From: Camelus ferus
Lineage: Eukaryota
Direction: 5' to 3'
DNA length: 64,000 bases
NCBI RefSeq assembly: GCF_009834535.1
Contig: NC_045697.1
Span: forward strand, 63,366,001-63,430,000
The notes under the pieces are model-generated. The model did no database searches. It had not been told where the DNA came from and saw only the letters and a list, made by a program, of their open reading frames with translations. This document shows positions 12,211 through 26,284 of the stretch, piece by piece. Made by a program: the position numbers and the translations under genes. How positions within the stretch are numbered: the first letter of the stretch is position 1; every line of letters begins with the position of its first letter.

Positions 12211-13465
12211 CTGCAGCACTATTTTTCATCTCTCAGAATACCTCTACATCTACTAAATAAATTTCTAAGATAATAAAATGCATTATTCAGATGTTTACAT
12301 CTGAATTGGTATAGTTTTTGCATAAATTTAGATTTTTATCAACGCTTGTGAAATTATATACTTAATATAACAACACAGGAAGTGTCATCATATAACTGAT
12401 AGCACCACTGTCAATGCTTCCATTATGTGGAATTTCTCTTCTTCCCTTGGGAGGCCTGTATGTGAGCTATGACCACTTATAGACTAAGTTAGAGCACTGT
12501 TATCAGTTCTTACAAATTGTTATTAGAGCTTAATTTTCTTCTCAATTTTAGAATAACATAAGTTAAAAAGATCAACAATATAGCACATAAAAAGATTGAG
12601 TATATACTCCCTGAGGAAACCGCTAGCCTAGATAATGGCATAACTGTAGACTTACTGAGAATGGATAGGTTTCTGAATAAGAATATTCTGCCCATAGGAG
12701 GTCTGGCTTTTTAATGAGACTATAAAACTTGATCTGGAAACATAAGATAGGGAGGAAAGTGTATTTCCATGACTCTTTTACTATGTAAGCAACCTTAACT
12801 TTCAACAGTCCTCTGGGAGAGATTAGAGAAGGTAGAAAAAAAGTATTGCCCAATCTTTAGCCCCGTTTCACTCACAAAGTCCCACTGGAGGACATATATT
12901 AGAATGGTAACAATTTCAGGTGTTTAAAATTACTGAGATCTAGGTGTGATTCTCACTTCGGCCACTAGTTGCTGCAAGTTAAGGTATTTGAGTCTCTATT
13001 TCATCATATCCAACATTATTAACTATCTTTTAGAATTATTTGGACAATTAAACAATAAAATGTATATAACAGATTAGCACAGTGAGAGTGTGAGGTAAAT
13101 ACCCTTGAATTTTTATTTATTTTTAATTAATAATTTTTAATTATTACTGATTGTGTTAAGCAAGGCAGAAAATATTTGAGATTTGCCAAACACTTGGAAA
13201 TATATCGGTAAATGTTTTTAATAGGACAATGTGCTGTATTTACTGAATAATATTTTAATATTAAATTTGTAAATAAAGGCTATACTAGCTGGAACTAAAA
13301 ATTGAAGTATTATTGCCATTTATGCTTTTCTGGGTATTCAACTGTGCTAGCACATTTGACCTGATATTTCTTTACTGAAGAACTAATATATGCCAATTGA
13401 ATTTCCTATGTGCATTCCCTCTCTCTCTCTTTCTCTCTCTCGCTCTATATATATGACAGGTTTCT

Positions 13466-14090
13466 CCAGTTGAGGAATAATGGTGACATACCATGGTAGT
13501 AGAGGTTGAGACAGAAAAAAGATGTGTGATGTGTTTTGGAAGTAATGTCAACAGTCATTGCTGTGAATTGGAATCAAGTGGTGATAGAGAAAAAGAAGGG
13601 GTAACTGAGGGCTGTCCTTTGAGTAATGGGCAGACATTATTGCCATTTCCTGGGACTGGAAAGACTAGGAGAGGAGTAACCTGTGTGAGACATACAGGAA
13701 ACAAGAGTTTTCTTTTGGCCAGGTTGAGATTAAGATGTTTATTTAGACATGCAAGTGTATATGTCAAATGGAAATTTGAATTAATATGGCTACAAATTCA
13801 GAAATATCAGGGCTGGAAATACAGATTGAGTATTCATGATTATATGGATTTTATTTAAATCTATGGAAAAGTGAGTTTGTACCTAAAACCTGAGCGAGAT
13901 GCTCCAATATTTAATGATCAGAAAATCAGGAAAAAATGTGACCAATGAAAAGGAAAGAACACTAAGAGTGTAATATCAAGAAGCCAAGAGAAAACATTGC
14001 TTTAAGAAAGCCAACTTAAGAAATGATGCTAAGAAGTATGATAAGAAAAGAAAAGATAAACAGTCAAGGGATTTGGCAATCCATTGATTA
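13466..14090 (-). mobile_element. L2 LINE fragment
   Basis: gagttttcttttggccaggttgagattaagatgtttatttagacatgcaagtg...cagggctggaaatacagattg antisense L2. Accounts for ORF 13493-13858. Confidence 0.75.
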
Positions 14091-16269
14091 ATTCCAAAAA
14101 CATATTACCTAGGCTTTAGAAATTTCAATATGTAAAAAACCTATTCAAAGTGTTAATTTACATAGCTAAAGCCTAGAATAGAAATAGTATCCCCAGCTTG
14201 TTCTCAGTTATTAAATTATTGGTTTATTTCTTTACAAAGCATTAGTCTCTGAATTTGAAGATATGAAAATGAATAATACATGCCCTGAAAGAATTTTTAA
14301 AATATGTTTTAAAGCAAGATATGTCTGAGTTTTGGAAGGATATTAGAAATTTTATCAGGTTAATTAAAATAATGACCAAAAATTTATCTTACATGAGTGC
14401 CATCCATATTGATGTATTATTTTTCTTTTAAAGAGTGTTGTTTATATTACTTAAAATTATTTTTTATACTGCAGAGGCAATCTGCTATAGTGATCACAAT
14501 ATACTAGCTTGTGCTAAGACGGACTGCTCAAATATGAATATCAACTCTCACTAGATCCATATGACTTTGGGCAAAGTGTTAATCTCTTTTAGAAGTTGAA
14601 TTACTAAGTAAGGGCATATTCTGCTAGATAATATCAAAGATTTTCCAAACTGTTTGTACCAAATTACTGTCCCTCTGGGTATATTCATGTAATAGAATGC
14701 TTTAAGTTCACGAATCATCATGTCCCAAAAAGAATATTTTGAACTCAAAACCCAATTCACAGATAAATTCATACAGAATATGGAGTTTCAAAATATTTGC
14801 AAAGCTAAATAATATATTATTAAAGAATTTATATTAAAAAGTATGGGGATAGTAAACATAATATTCCAGGTGAGATTACCTGTGTAGAAGTAGTGGGTGG
14901 GAGAGGGATAGATACGTGCAGTTAAAGAGGGGCTTTGTAGATATTATTTATTTTATATTACAGTATATTTTCTTAGATGTTTCTGTCAAAATCATTGCAT
15001 ATACATGGTATTTTATTATATATGTTTAATGTTACCTTAACTCAGCCTTCCCGAATTATTTGTACTCTGGCTCCCTGTCCAACTCCATCCTCTACAATGT
15101 TGTTTTCCTCTGTATTTCTCTTCCTGGGAAAGTTGCAGGAGTATTTTGCCTACTGCTTTGCCGTTGGTATATCTTCTGATACTTATTTGATGTCAAACTG
15201 AAAATGAAGTGGGATTAAGGTGAGAAACTAGAGAATCCTCCTCTGGTATGTGTACTTACATAATATGCCTGTTAAAAACAAACTGCAACCTACAGTATTA
15301 ACAATAAGTACCACCCTCATTGTACCTGAGTGCTGTGGTTATTTGTGTTATAATCATATTCAATAATTAATCAAATAACCACTAATATGGTTTTGCTATG
15401 CATGTCTAACTTTTAATTTTCTTCATGAATCCAGCAATAATGTCTCAGTTGTAATACAACTCACATACCATTGTGTAATTTGATGGGCTAAATATGACAA
15501 GAATTTCAGGCTGCAACATAGCAGATACACACCCTGCAGGATCTCTGAGGCATGCTTAGAGCGTTCAGTGCTTCTGGTGGGGGAGGGAAGGAGAGAGCAG
15601 ACAGCCACTTAAGCAAGCGGTCCTGAAGAAAGCCTTGCAATTGTGTTGCTTGGAGACACATCTTTACTAAAATTGTGGTTTTTGTTTGAAAAATCAGAGA
15701 CAAAGGTATATTTAACTACAGTGAAAAATGCCTATTTTTAATCACTGACTTTATAAAAGATCATGTTACAAATTTAGACAACCTAAGGCAATTGCTTAGG
15801 AGTAACAGAAACCTTAAAGTATTCACATGTTTACAGATGAACAAAAATGTTTTTGCATCTAGTGACTCATTAAGATGGAGGACAGTTATTCCTTAACCAT
15901 TTCGTTTTAACCTTGATAAAAATGACAACTTCAGAAAATTAGAATTGACTTTTAGTGTGAATTTACTTACAGAAATATGGATGTTTCCTGGTTCAAATAT
16001 TATAGTTTTAAATAGATTATTTGCTGTATTGTCTTTTAAAGTAAAATGCGTTCTTTATAGCGGACTAGCTATTAATTGAATAAAAAGAACTCCAATTATA
16101 TTTATGACAAATACATGTGAAAATAGATATATCTATCTTGTTCTCTTTGATTAGATGGGCTTCTGTAAGTAAGAGGAGTTGAGTTTAAAAAGAAGAATGA
16201 ATTATCATGAAAGATTTTATTCACTTACCTGAAAAATAGACAAATACTGTTATCCATAATCTTCATTAT

Positions 16270-16460
16270 GGATTAACAAACTTTTACTGTAAAGTCCTGG
16301 CCATGTAGTCAGGATTGCAACAGCTCAAGTAAGTTGTAGTAAGAAAGCAGCTATATGACCTAAACCAATGAACATAGCTAGAATCCCATAAAATTTTATT
16401 TACAAAAAAAGGCAGCAGGCCAGATTTTGTTTTTGTTCTCAGCCAGTCATTCCATACTCC
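16270..16460 (+). mobile_element. MER58A-like hAT-Charlie MITE
   Basis: caaacttttactgtaaag...gttgtagtaagaaagcagc...ataaaattttatttacaaaaaaaggcagcaggccagattt. Confidence 0.7.
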
Positions 16461-16489
16461 TTCAGAGAGAGGTGATTAATGTATCAAAA

Positions 16490-16720
16490 GGAGGCACTGT
16501 GTGGTTAAGAGAATTAGATTAAGGAGCCAAAACATAGGGTCTAAATCCCATCTCTTTACTTACTAGCTGAGTGACCCTAGGCAAGTTAAACCAACCCTGC
16601 AGATAATAATACTAACATATCACTTAGGTTTGTGGACAATATTAAATGTGTTAATATGCTTAAAATGGATGGAACAGTTGGACACATAGCAAATGCTCAA
16701 TGTGTATTAGTTGTTACTTT
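16490..16720 (+). mobile_element. MIR SINE
   Basis: gtgtggttaagag...cttactagctgagtgaccctaggcaagtta...ggacacatagcaaatgctcaat. Confidence 0.75.
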
Positions 16721-19700
16721 ACTATCACAAAGTCTGAGAACCACTAGTGAAAGAAAGATCATGGATTTGCCATGAGGCAAACCTGAAGTCACATCTTACT
16801 TAGATCTACAACAATTCCTCAATATTTATTCTGTTTTATTCACTTTCTTTGAGGAGCGTTATGTTTCCACATGGAGAAAAAGAGGATAAAAATTCTTATA
16901 AATTTTATTGTGAAGATTAGATTTAAATTGTGTCTGACAAGGAAAGGTCTAAGTAAATATTAGTTCCCTTTGCTCCCCTGTCCTCCCCACTTTTCAAAAA
17001 CTTATTTTAATACTACTTTTAAACTTCTTACCCAGATTGAGATTTGATTCTGGCTTCATAGCACATACATGCTTCTTATTTCCCCTAGAACTGGCCTGTG
17101 ATTTTGGTGTTCCTATTTCTTGCATTCTCCAGAGCTGAAGTCTGGCCCTTGAGCCCCAGTTATGTTGCAGAGATTATTTTGCTGGTTCACAGAATTTCTA
17201 AGTACTGCTAAACCAATGATGAAATTGCATGATTTTATAGTAAATTTTAGATTGATATCACTGAATAAATAATATGTCCAAATATAGCACCTGTCTTTAG
17301 ATTTTATAATTTTTCCAAAATTTTGTTTTTAACAAATATTAATAAATGTTTGCTGAAACAAGTCTTTTTTAAAATTATTTTCTTGCAAGGAATTCTGTGT
17401 TACAGAAGTGCTTTTTCTTAGCTTTTGTTTGCAGCCAACATATGATTTTAATTCATCTCCCTCTTTCCCTAAATAATTCTGCTTTCCCTCAAGGTGGCAC
17501 TTTGTCTAGATTTACCACTTATGATTTAAAACATTGTTTTAATAACGTAATCTAGGATGAAATTTAATTATAATTTATGGTTACCTTAATTATATTATGA
17601 TATTTATTTCTTATTTAGGGCTTTCCAAAAAACTGGCAGTCAGCCTATTGCTTTGTTTCATTTAACTCTTGGATCATCTACCGTGGTTTGGACACATGGT
17701 TATAGATAGAGTGTGGTCTAATTCAGTATCTGCTGGAAGTGCTATGTCCCAGTATACCTCTACTGCTTTTGAAACCTAAAGCCCGTTTTGTAATATTATA
17801 ATGCTTCCTAATTCACTACACATTCTTGAAAAATATTCTTTTATTTAAGGACTTTAGAAATTTCCTTGGCTGAGGCTATGTCAAATGTAACTGCCACTGG
17901 AGAGATAATTGCAACCTGTAAATATTCTTGAATTGTTTCTTTTGGACATTTCTCTTTACTTAGTTGACATTCAAGACTATCTGTCTTACTGGCAAATTGT
18001 TTAGTACCTACCAACACTATACTTCTTCCATCAAGAAAACTTCAGAAAAGGAAACAATTTTTTAGTAATTAACAGAGGGCAAAAAGGCACTTAAAATTGC
18101 TGTGGATATATATAACTCTGCGAACCACAGGCAAAGAAACTGTTGGTACTGATTTTTGGGAGCAAAAATCCTACAGATAATGTCTACATGTACAGCAAAT
18201 GCAGGAATTATTGTTGAAAGATAGTCACACAATATAGTAATTCAAGTATGGATTTTAGAATATTGCAATATTAGAGAATTGATGAGCTACCAGGATACCA
18301 CCCATGTGTGTGTGCACATCCACACGTGCGGGTGCATGTGCACAGGTATGTAGGTTTTGTTGGAGGTTGTTGAATATGTATATTGTATGTGTTGTGGTTG
18401 AGAGGCAGGGTTGAAAAGTCTCTTAAAAATAGGTCCAAAAAGTAAAGGCCCTAAGTTTGTAGTTGTCATCTATTTGTTTCTTTCCCGGCAGATTAGATCT
18501 GGCCTTATTAAAAGATCCTTATGACCTTGCCAGACATTCAGGCATGCTCATTAGAGGCACATGTGGCCATATGTCTGCATTCAGTCTTCCTTCTGAGTCC
18601 TTCTCGGTATCCTGTTGTCGTCTCGTACCTGCTTTCCTCACTAGATTCACTTAGTTTACTGTTCCTGCCTGCTTTTTGGCTCTTTCACCTTTGTTGCCCA
18701 TGCACTGATCTTTCTCCCTCTTAGTGGTAATACAAGGAATAGATTACCTTTTAACAACCCACCTCTCCCTGCCTTTTATATTACCCTTCAGACATTTCAT
18801 ATATTTTTACTACCTTAAGGGAATTCCTGGTTTGTTTGACGAAACACAGCAAGAGTGACCTGGGCTCCACTTTAAATCTTACAAAATATCTCCTCACGCA
18901 GGACTTAGGATTTCCCGGTTCTTTCCCCTTCCTCCCTACCCCCGACATACTCTTTTCATTGTAAATCACAGCCCAAGAGAAAAGGTGCTTTTCTACCAGT
19001 GCTTCAGATATCCAGTCTCTCAGCTCATCAGGCTTCCCCCGCAAACTGAATTCTTGGTCATGGAATAATAGTCAAGCATTTAGCTTTAATTAAGGAAACC
19101 TCGTTTATCTCATTATAATGAGAATTATTTTCCTTAACACCTGTAGCTGTTCATGGTAGTTTAACAACTGTTTTCCTGATTATAAACTTCGGTGAGGTTT
19201 TTACTAACTAAGTGAGTCAAGTTGACAACCTGCCACAAGCTTCATGGAAGTGTTTTCTGTATAATTTCTGAGCGTGAGACATGGGCAGGGACAGGTACTC
19301 TACTGTTTGTGTTTGAGAAGTAGTAACTCTGCTAATTCTGTATCTATTTTTTTTTCCCAGATAGATACGTGTGACTATGTTTATTATCTTTAACAGAGTT
19401 TTGTAGACATCATAGAGATATTGATCAATTTAGCAACTATTACTATGTCAAACCTCTTAGAAATGTTCCTTATACTGTGCTCTGAAAATTAAAACAAAAC
19501 ATTAGAACAAAAACGATCATAGCTTTTTTTCTCACAAGTGTGCTATGTATTTGTTAGGTAAGTAATATGAATGAAATGAATACTCAGTAATGATAAATCA
19601 TTGTGAAAAGTGACAATTTTTAAAATAGTGTTGATATTTTAAAATGTACACAAAATATTTCTTTTAAAGTAACACTGATTGTAGGATGCCACATAGGAAA

Positions 19701-20304
19701 ATAAAAACAGGAAAATTCAGATCTTTATTTTACTCTTCATTAGGACAAGTTCAAATGGACTTTGTCCTAAGAGGTTTGGAAGTAAAAGTTCAACATAGTA
19801 AGAAATCTGGATGAATAAAGGAACTTATCAGTTAGTAAGTATTAACCATTGTTACTTGGCTTGTGATAGGTGATATTTTAGAATAAAAGAGAGTCATGCC
19901 TGTATTCAAAATCTAAATGGGAAAAATTTTTAAAATGAGGTATTTTATATTGTATTTTAATTGAGCCTCCATTTCTTAAGAGGATTTTTTTTTAAATTGA
20001 CTAACTGCTTGGGCTTTGTATTTATTTTTTAAATTTAATATTAGGTTATTAGTATTTTATTTTATAGGCCTCTTAATTCAGTTTGTACAGAAACTCACAA
20101 TCTTCTGTTCAGTTTTTTCCACAAATATTGACTGAATAACAATTTCTTAGGCTACAAAAAGAAACAATGGAAAGAGGAGGAAAGGAAGGATAGAAGGAAA
20201 GAAAGAAGACAGGACTTGCTCCCAAAAGAGAGGTATACAAGTTTCTTGGATTCAGAAAATAAAATTGAACTTAGAGACTGAAGTTTATATTGGTGTCAAA
20301 CACA

Positions 20305-20652
20305 GTTCAAGAGATAGCCCCCCAAATCCATATACTGAAGCTCTAACCCCAGTGTGACTGTATTTGGAGACAGGGCCTTTGAAGGAGTAATTACGGTTAC
20401 ATGAAATCATGAGGATGGGGCCCTCATCTGGTATGACTCGTGTCCTTGTAGTAAAAATAAAAGCTGGCACAGAGACAAGACCATGTAAACACACAGAGAG
20501 AAGATGGTCACATGTAAACAAAGGAGAAATCAAACTTCCCAACACCTTAACATTTAACTTCTGGGCTCCAGGACTCTGAGAAAATTAATCTTTGTTATGT
20601 GAACCTCCCAGTCTCTTGTGTTTTGTTATGGCAGCCCTAGAAAACTAATATA
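20305..20652 (+). mobile_element. MLT1A/B/C-type MaLR solo LTR
   Basis: ccccccaaatccatatactgaagctctaacccc...gtgactgtatttggagacagggcctttga...ttgttatggcagccctagaaaactaata. Confidence 0.85.
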
Positions 20653-21549
20653 CTAGCCAACATCCCAAAGAGAAGGAACCAAGTCAAAAGTAGATTTCTA
20701 CACAGAGATCCTGAGCACTTTGCTGTGCTGGTGCAGAGGACCACCAAGAGAATGACATAGTCTTACAACATTAGTTAAAAAAACAGAAACTAGCTGCTTG
20801 TTCTGACACATTCATCTGTGCATGTGCCAGAAGGGCTCTGTACCATTCTGTTTTAAGAAAGGGGCAATACTCCCTGAACGGTTTCATTGTTAAATGAAGA
20901 GGCCAAGAGGTTTAGTTAATTTCCTGCTGATTTTTTGCCTGAAAGTAGCAGTCCTGGCTAGAAATCCTTTTGTGGTCAACATGCAGGATTTTCCGGAGTA
21001 GATTATTGAGGGGATAAAGATCAACTTAGAGTGACCCAGGTTTAAGGTAATGAAGGTGTGGAGTGGAGCAGAGTCAAGAGGTATCTAGAAAAAGAGAGGG
21101 AACTGAACGTTGTGGTTGAAATGAAGAGATACATGACTGATTTTGTATAGGGATTGAGGAGAAAACACATGAAAAATTGTCCTGATATTATAAACCTGGG
21201 GAGTGGAAGGAATGGCACTGCCCAACATTAAGGAGAAATTTCAAAGTTCTAGCTCTGGAGACAAAATCATCAGCTTGATTTGATTTATGTTGGATTTGAG
21301 CTACTAGTGTCTTATCCAAGTGGCTTATTTGTATGACTTGTGAATAAGTCATCAACACAGAAGAGGCTATGATAAAAGCCATGCCTAAAGGTACGCATTT
21401 GTGCATTTATTTGCTCAGATATGCTTAAATGCTGATGTAATTCATTATCATTCTGTGATTTGTGAAGCGAAGGTTAAGAGAGAAGCATAGAAATAAGTGA
21501 GTCTGAAGAAGAGAACAGAGGTAAGGTATGCAAAGAAGCAGACTTATAA

Positions 21550-21790
21550 AATAATTAGCTAACATTTATATAGGGCTTATAGTGTGTCAGCCATTATTAT
21601 TGTCTTTTACAAATATTATCCCATTTTATCTTCCTAACAGCCCTGTGATAATAGTGTTCTTATTATCATCTGTATTTCATAGGTAAGGAAGTTGAAATTC
21701 ACAGTGGTTAGATATTTTGAAGCTAGGATTTTGAATAGCCAAAGCATTCAGAGCTTCAGAGCACATACTCTTAACCACCATTTATGCTGC
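21550..21790 (-). mobile_element. MIR SINE
   Basis: agctaacatttatatagggctt...ctaacagccctgtg...cttaaccacca. Confidence 0.65.
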
Positions 21791-21814
21791 CTCTCCAAAA
21801 AAGCATAGATCTGG

Positions 21815-22064
21815 GCAGTTTGAGATTCGCAGGTACTAACTACTATGTATAAAATAGCTAAACAACAAGTTTCTACTGAATAGCAGAGGGAACTATATTC
21901 AGTATCTTTTAGTAACCTATAATGAGAAAGAATATGAAAAGGAATATATGTATGTGTATGTTTGACTGAAATATTATGCTGTAAACCAGAAATTGACAAA
22001 CCATTGTAAACTGACTATACTTCAACTAAAAAAAAATTAAAATACATTTAAAAAATTAAAAAAT
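21815..22064 (+). mobile_element. 5'-truncated L1 3' UTR with TSD
   Basis: gtttgagattcgcagg...ttgtaaactgactatacttca plus A-rich tail. TSD atagatctgg at 21805-21814 and 22065-22074. Confidence 0.88.
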
Positions 22065-22441
22065 ATAGATCTGGTGAAAAAAAGATCAAAAGAGTGGGGG
22101 TAAAGGGGAGAATATTCTTAAATGAAAAGGAAAGGGTTGTCATAGTCAAATTTTCTATAGAAGAAAGGACAATGAAGAGTTTGTGGGAGTAGATTAAAAA
22201 TGAAGTCCTTGATTTTAGAAAAGAACAAATTAATATAGTGACAGGATAGGTGGGATTCCAGAATTCTAATAGATTTTGGATGAAAATTATGATGAGAAAA
22301 GGAAGGTTATAAATTGGAACAGTCATTCTTTAAAAAAATACAATTTTGAAATGAAAAGATGGGAGATAATTGGTGAATGGAAGAAAGCACCACCTCTCTG
22401 GCCCCTTCTCTTCACTTGCTGATCATCTCTCTTCTTAAATA

Positions 22442-22735
22442 CAGCCAGCCCTCCACATCCATGGGTTCAGCATCCAAGGATTCAACCAACCATGTATGAG
22501 TGAACATTTTCGGGGGGAAAAAAATCTTGAAATTTCCAAAAAACAGAACTTGAATTTGCCATTTGCTGGCAACTATTTACATAGCATTTACACTGTATTA
22601 GGTAATATGGGTGGTCTAGGGATGATTTAAAGTATACAGGAAGATGTGGGTAGGTTTCATGCAAATACTACATATTTTTTATGAGGAACCTGAGCATTTG
22701 AGGATTTTGGTACCTCGGGGAGGTTCCTGGTATGT
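22442..22735 (-). mobile_element. MER2/MER2B-like Tigger MITE
   Basis: cagccagccctccacatccatgggtt...caactatttacatagcatttacactgtattagg...gatgatttaaagtatacagg...tgagcatttgaggattttggta. Confidence 0.8.
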
Positions 22736-23249
22736 CACCCTCCTTCACATTCAATGTGTTTATGAATGGTGCTTCTTAGTACTAATATTCCCTCTCCCCA
22801 AATAGCTAAGTGTTATTTTCACCACCATTTTCCTAAATACCGAAGCTTACAGCTTTCTTCTTGGCCAATGTGTCACTAAATCTCTAAAATCTTTCTTTTC
22901 TCTCTCATCATTTATTCCCTATATTGTTTTCTGTAATCAATTCTTTAATTAAAATTTTTGTTGACTATAATATATGAAGTATTATAGTAGTCTCATAACC
23001 AAGAAGCAGCATTGCAAAGTGTTTAAGAGCATAAGCTATTATATCACATGGACTTTAGATAGAATCTCACCTCTTACATTTGCATACTAGTGCCTTTGGG
23101 GAAGTTATAATGTCTCCTACTTTGTTTCCTCATCAGTAGAATGAAGAGTTAAATAATAATATGTGAGAAGACTAATAATTGTTTCATAGTTGAAAACAAA
23201 CAGAAAGAGAAAGAGAAAAAGAGAGACAGGGAGAGACTAACTATTAAGG

Positions 23250-23770
23250 TTCTCCATTCTCTTCCTGAATTCATTCTTATCTATTTCATCATGCTGTTTT
23301 TCTTCAATAAATTCCAGCAAACCCTTATTTTATAGAAAATAAAGTCCAACTCCTCAACCTTTATTCAAAGCTCTTCATAATTTGGTTATCTAGTTTTATC
23401 TCCCCATTAATGTCTCTGCTCTGCTCTGGTCAATGTGCCCTTTTCATTATTCTCTAGATATGCCATGTTGATTTCTTACTGAAAACTTTTGTACATTTTT
23501 TTCCCTAAGGCTTGGTATGCCCTTCTCCACCAGATTTGCCTGTGCAAATTTTTAACCTTAAATTTCATCTCTTTAATAAGCCTTCGAAGCTTGATGTCCT
23601 TATTGGCTCTTACAGGCATTTAGTCATCCACGTCCCTGCACTATAAGTTAGTTGCTACTGAGATCAGTGCATGTGTTCCCAGCTAAAGACCACATGTTTG
23701 CTTCCTTTGTATTTCCCAGAGCACCTAACACAACAGTGGGGACAGGTAGACTGACTAAGTATTCTTCAGT
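23250..23770 (+). mobile_element. L2 3' region
   Basis: aaataaagtccaactcctcaacc...cttcctttgtatttcccagagcacctaacacaacagtgggg. Confidence 0.55.
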
Positions 23771-24115
23771 GTAAGAAGAGAGTATATAGACATTTCAGAG
23801 AGAAGGAAGACAATTTTATTGCCTAAATAAATGTCTTAAATTCATTTGTTTTTTTTTAATTTTAACTGAAGTGATCCCACAGGTGGTTATTGAGTACTTG
23901 CTGATTCTTATAACCTTGAATCCTGATTTCTGGATTTTACAAGATAAAGGATACCAGGTTCATTCTTTTTGAATTTTATGTCTTTAATATTGTACTGACA
24001 CATAAATTCACATAGATCAAATATCAAAATATTTAATTTATATAATTATTTTAAATACTATTAAGCCAGCAGCAAAACCAACACTCATATAAACCATTAT
24101 GCTACTTGACCTAAG

Positions 24116-24548
24116 TGTTATCCTCTATGACAAACCCACATGGATTGATCTAAGAAGACAGAGATAGTATCTGCCTCTGGGGCTGAGGATAAATTCACTT
24201 TGGACCGCAGTAGTAGATAATGCCTCCCTCTAGGACAAAGTTGGGGCAGATTGCTAGCAGCACCTTTAAAAGATTGTAGTTTACTAAGCTCGGGTTTCTT
24301 CAGCTGTGACACTGTGTGTGTGCCACACACGCTGGGGATGCTCCATGTAGCCCCCAGTGGGATTTGGGGGCAAGGTGCACAGGGGAGCTGATGGAAACAT
24401 TAAACTCATCCTGCTGCTGTATCTTGAGTAATAAAGTCCTTGCCTCTGACCCAGGAGTCTCAAGTTTTCTGCTAATACACAGGAAACTGGCATGTTGATT
24501 CATTTATAGTCATTAAGTAAGATCTCAGAACCTTCACAGTTCTTACTG
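24116..24548 (+). mobile_element. ERVL-class LTR (MER54/MER74-like)
   Basis: gagtaataaagtccttgcctctgacccaggagtctc...aagatctcagaaccttcacagttctt U5. Accounts for the cluster of short ORFs at 24118-24503. Confidence 0.65.
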
Positions 24549-25061
24549 AAGATTATGTGTAAAATGTTCTTCCTTTAGAAATAATTTATGAATAAATTAA
24601 AAAATCATAAGTCTATAAGTAATACCCTAAATAAACAAACCCAATGCATTAAATTCAATATTTATTTAGAAATAAAATTTTTATAATTTAAGATGACTAA
24701 GATTGCAGTAAAATAATGTAGCCACATGTTAATACTAGAATCAAGACTTCCTAGTTTTGTGGTATCCTTTATAAAAATATTTACATGTGATTGTAGAAAT
24801 AGTACTGGAAGAATATATCTATCAAATTTATCAATTTTTTTGCTGAAAATATGGCTATTACTTTTGAAGTAGAGAATTAGTGATCTGTCTGCATACATTG
24901 TAAGTATTTCAATTGCCATATATTTCTTACCAGACAACCTACTTGTCTTCATAAAATAGATTTATGTGGAAATACAAGTCCATATTTCTAAGAAAAATTA
25001 ATCTTGCTTTGAATTTCCAATTTTCGGACCTTTGTAAGTTTTGTGTATTTGTTTTTATTTT

Positions 25062-25211
25062 ATTTTTTAAATTTTTTTTAAACTTTCTTTTACTTTTCTT
25101 GTTTTGTGACAGGGAGGTAATTAGGTTTCTTTGTTTATTTTTAGAGGAGGTACTGGGGATTGAACCTAGCATGCTAAGCATGCGGTCTACCACGTGAGCT
25201 ATACCTCCCCC
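25062..25211 (-). mobile_element. Camelid tRNA-derived SINE (Vic-1 type)
   Basis: Minus strand gggggaggtatagctcacgtggtagaccgcatgcttagcatgctaggttcaatccccagtacctcc (A/B boxes), then aaacctaattacctccc and an A-rich tail. TSD ta(t/c)ttgtttttatttt at 25046-25061 and 25212-25227. Confidence 0.88.
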
Positions 25212-26284
25212 TACTTGTTTTTATTTTTAATAACAGATTATTTACTCTTGAAAGCAAGTTGCATAGTCATGAATATAGTATAAGTTTTTAATAAAAATAT
25301 ATTTATATGCTTGTATAACTTTATATGTTTGTATATGTTTTATGTTTATAAAAGCATGGGCATATGATAAATGCTGTACATAAAACTGTTGTCACAGTTT
25401 ACCTTACAAGGAATAGAAAGGTAGAAGAAAATGGTTGACTTTTCCTTTGCATATCTGTACACTGATATTTTCTCCTGCAATGTGAATTTATTGTTTTTAG
25501 CCTAGAAAGGCAAACTAACAAAGTATTTTTAATAAAACAAACATAGGTATTAAAGAAATAAAACAAGAATTAAACTAAATTAAAATTACAGTAGACACCC
25601 CTGTCAGAATCAGTTATTTATATCAACATTTCAGCACAACAGAATATCAATTTATAAAGCTGAATAAAATCTTGAAATGCTTTATTTTTTACCTGTATTT
25701 TAGGAGTTCCTCCCAAATTCAGCCACCACAGTACCTATTTTATATTTCATATGACTTGAGACATTTTGATGTTCTACTTTCCATAAATAAATGTTTCCTT
25801 ATTTTAAAACATATACAGTGGCATAGTTTTATATTTATTTAAAAATATACAATTCCTCAAAAATATTTTAGTTAATTTGAATCATGAAAGATCATAGGAT
25901 CTTTTAAGTTTCGTTTGTGTTGTAGTATAAAATTGAAATCAGATTATGTTAATTCATTGGGATATTTTATTTAACAATATTTATTTTTCAAGGTCTAATG
26001 TTGAGTAGTTTATCTAATGGAATATAGTGGAATGTAATGAAATATCTAACATAAGCTGTATTATAAAAAGGAAATCCTTATTATTTATTTATTTGAAATT
26101 TTTGAACTCATATTACTTTTATTTTTTGTCTCATTTTATATGTTATATTCTAACTTCTTATATTTTTGATTCTTTTAACTTTTTCTTATATATTAAACAT
26201 GTTTTCAAATATTTAGTAAATATATTTTTTAATGAACATATTTGTGTTTTTCCATTTTGACTATGCATTGCTTGTTTCTAACTA

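Noticed and set aside
13493..13858. 121-aa ORF
   Set aside because: Falls in antisense L2 sequence.
21670..21690. TAG|GTAAGG composite splice motif
   Set aside because: Lies within an antisense MIR and is explicable as drift from the repeat consensus.
25140..25211. tRNA gene (also at 35560-35630)
   Set aside because: The tRNA-like heads are followed by SINE body, A-rich tail and TSDs, and the cloverleaf is degenerate.
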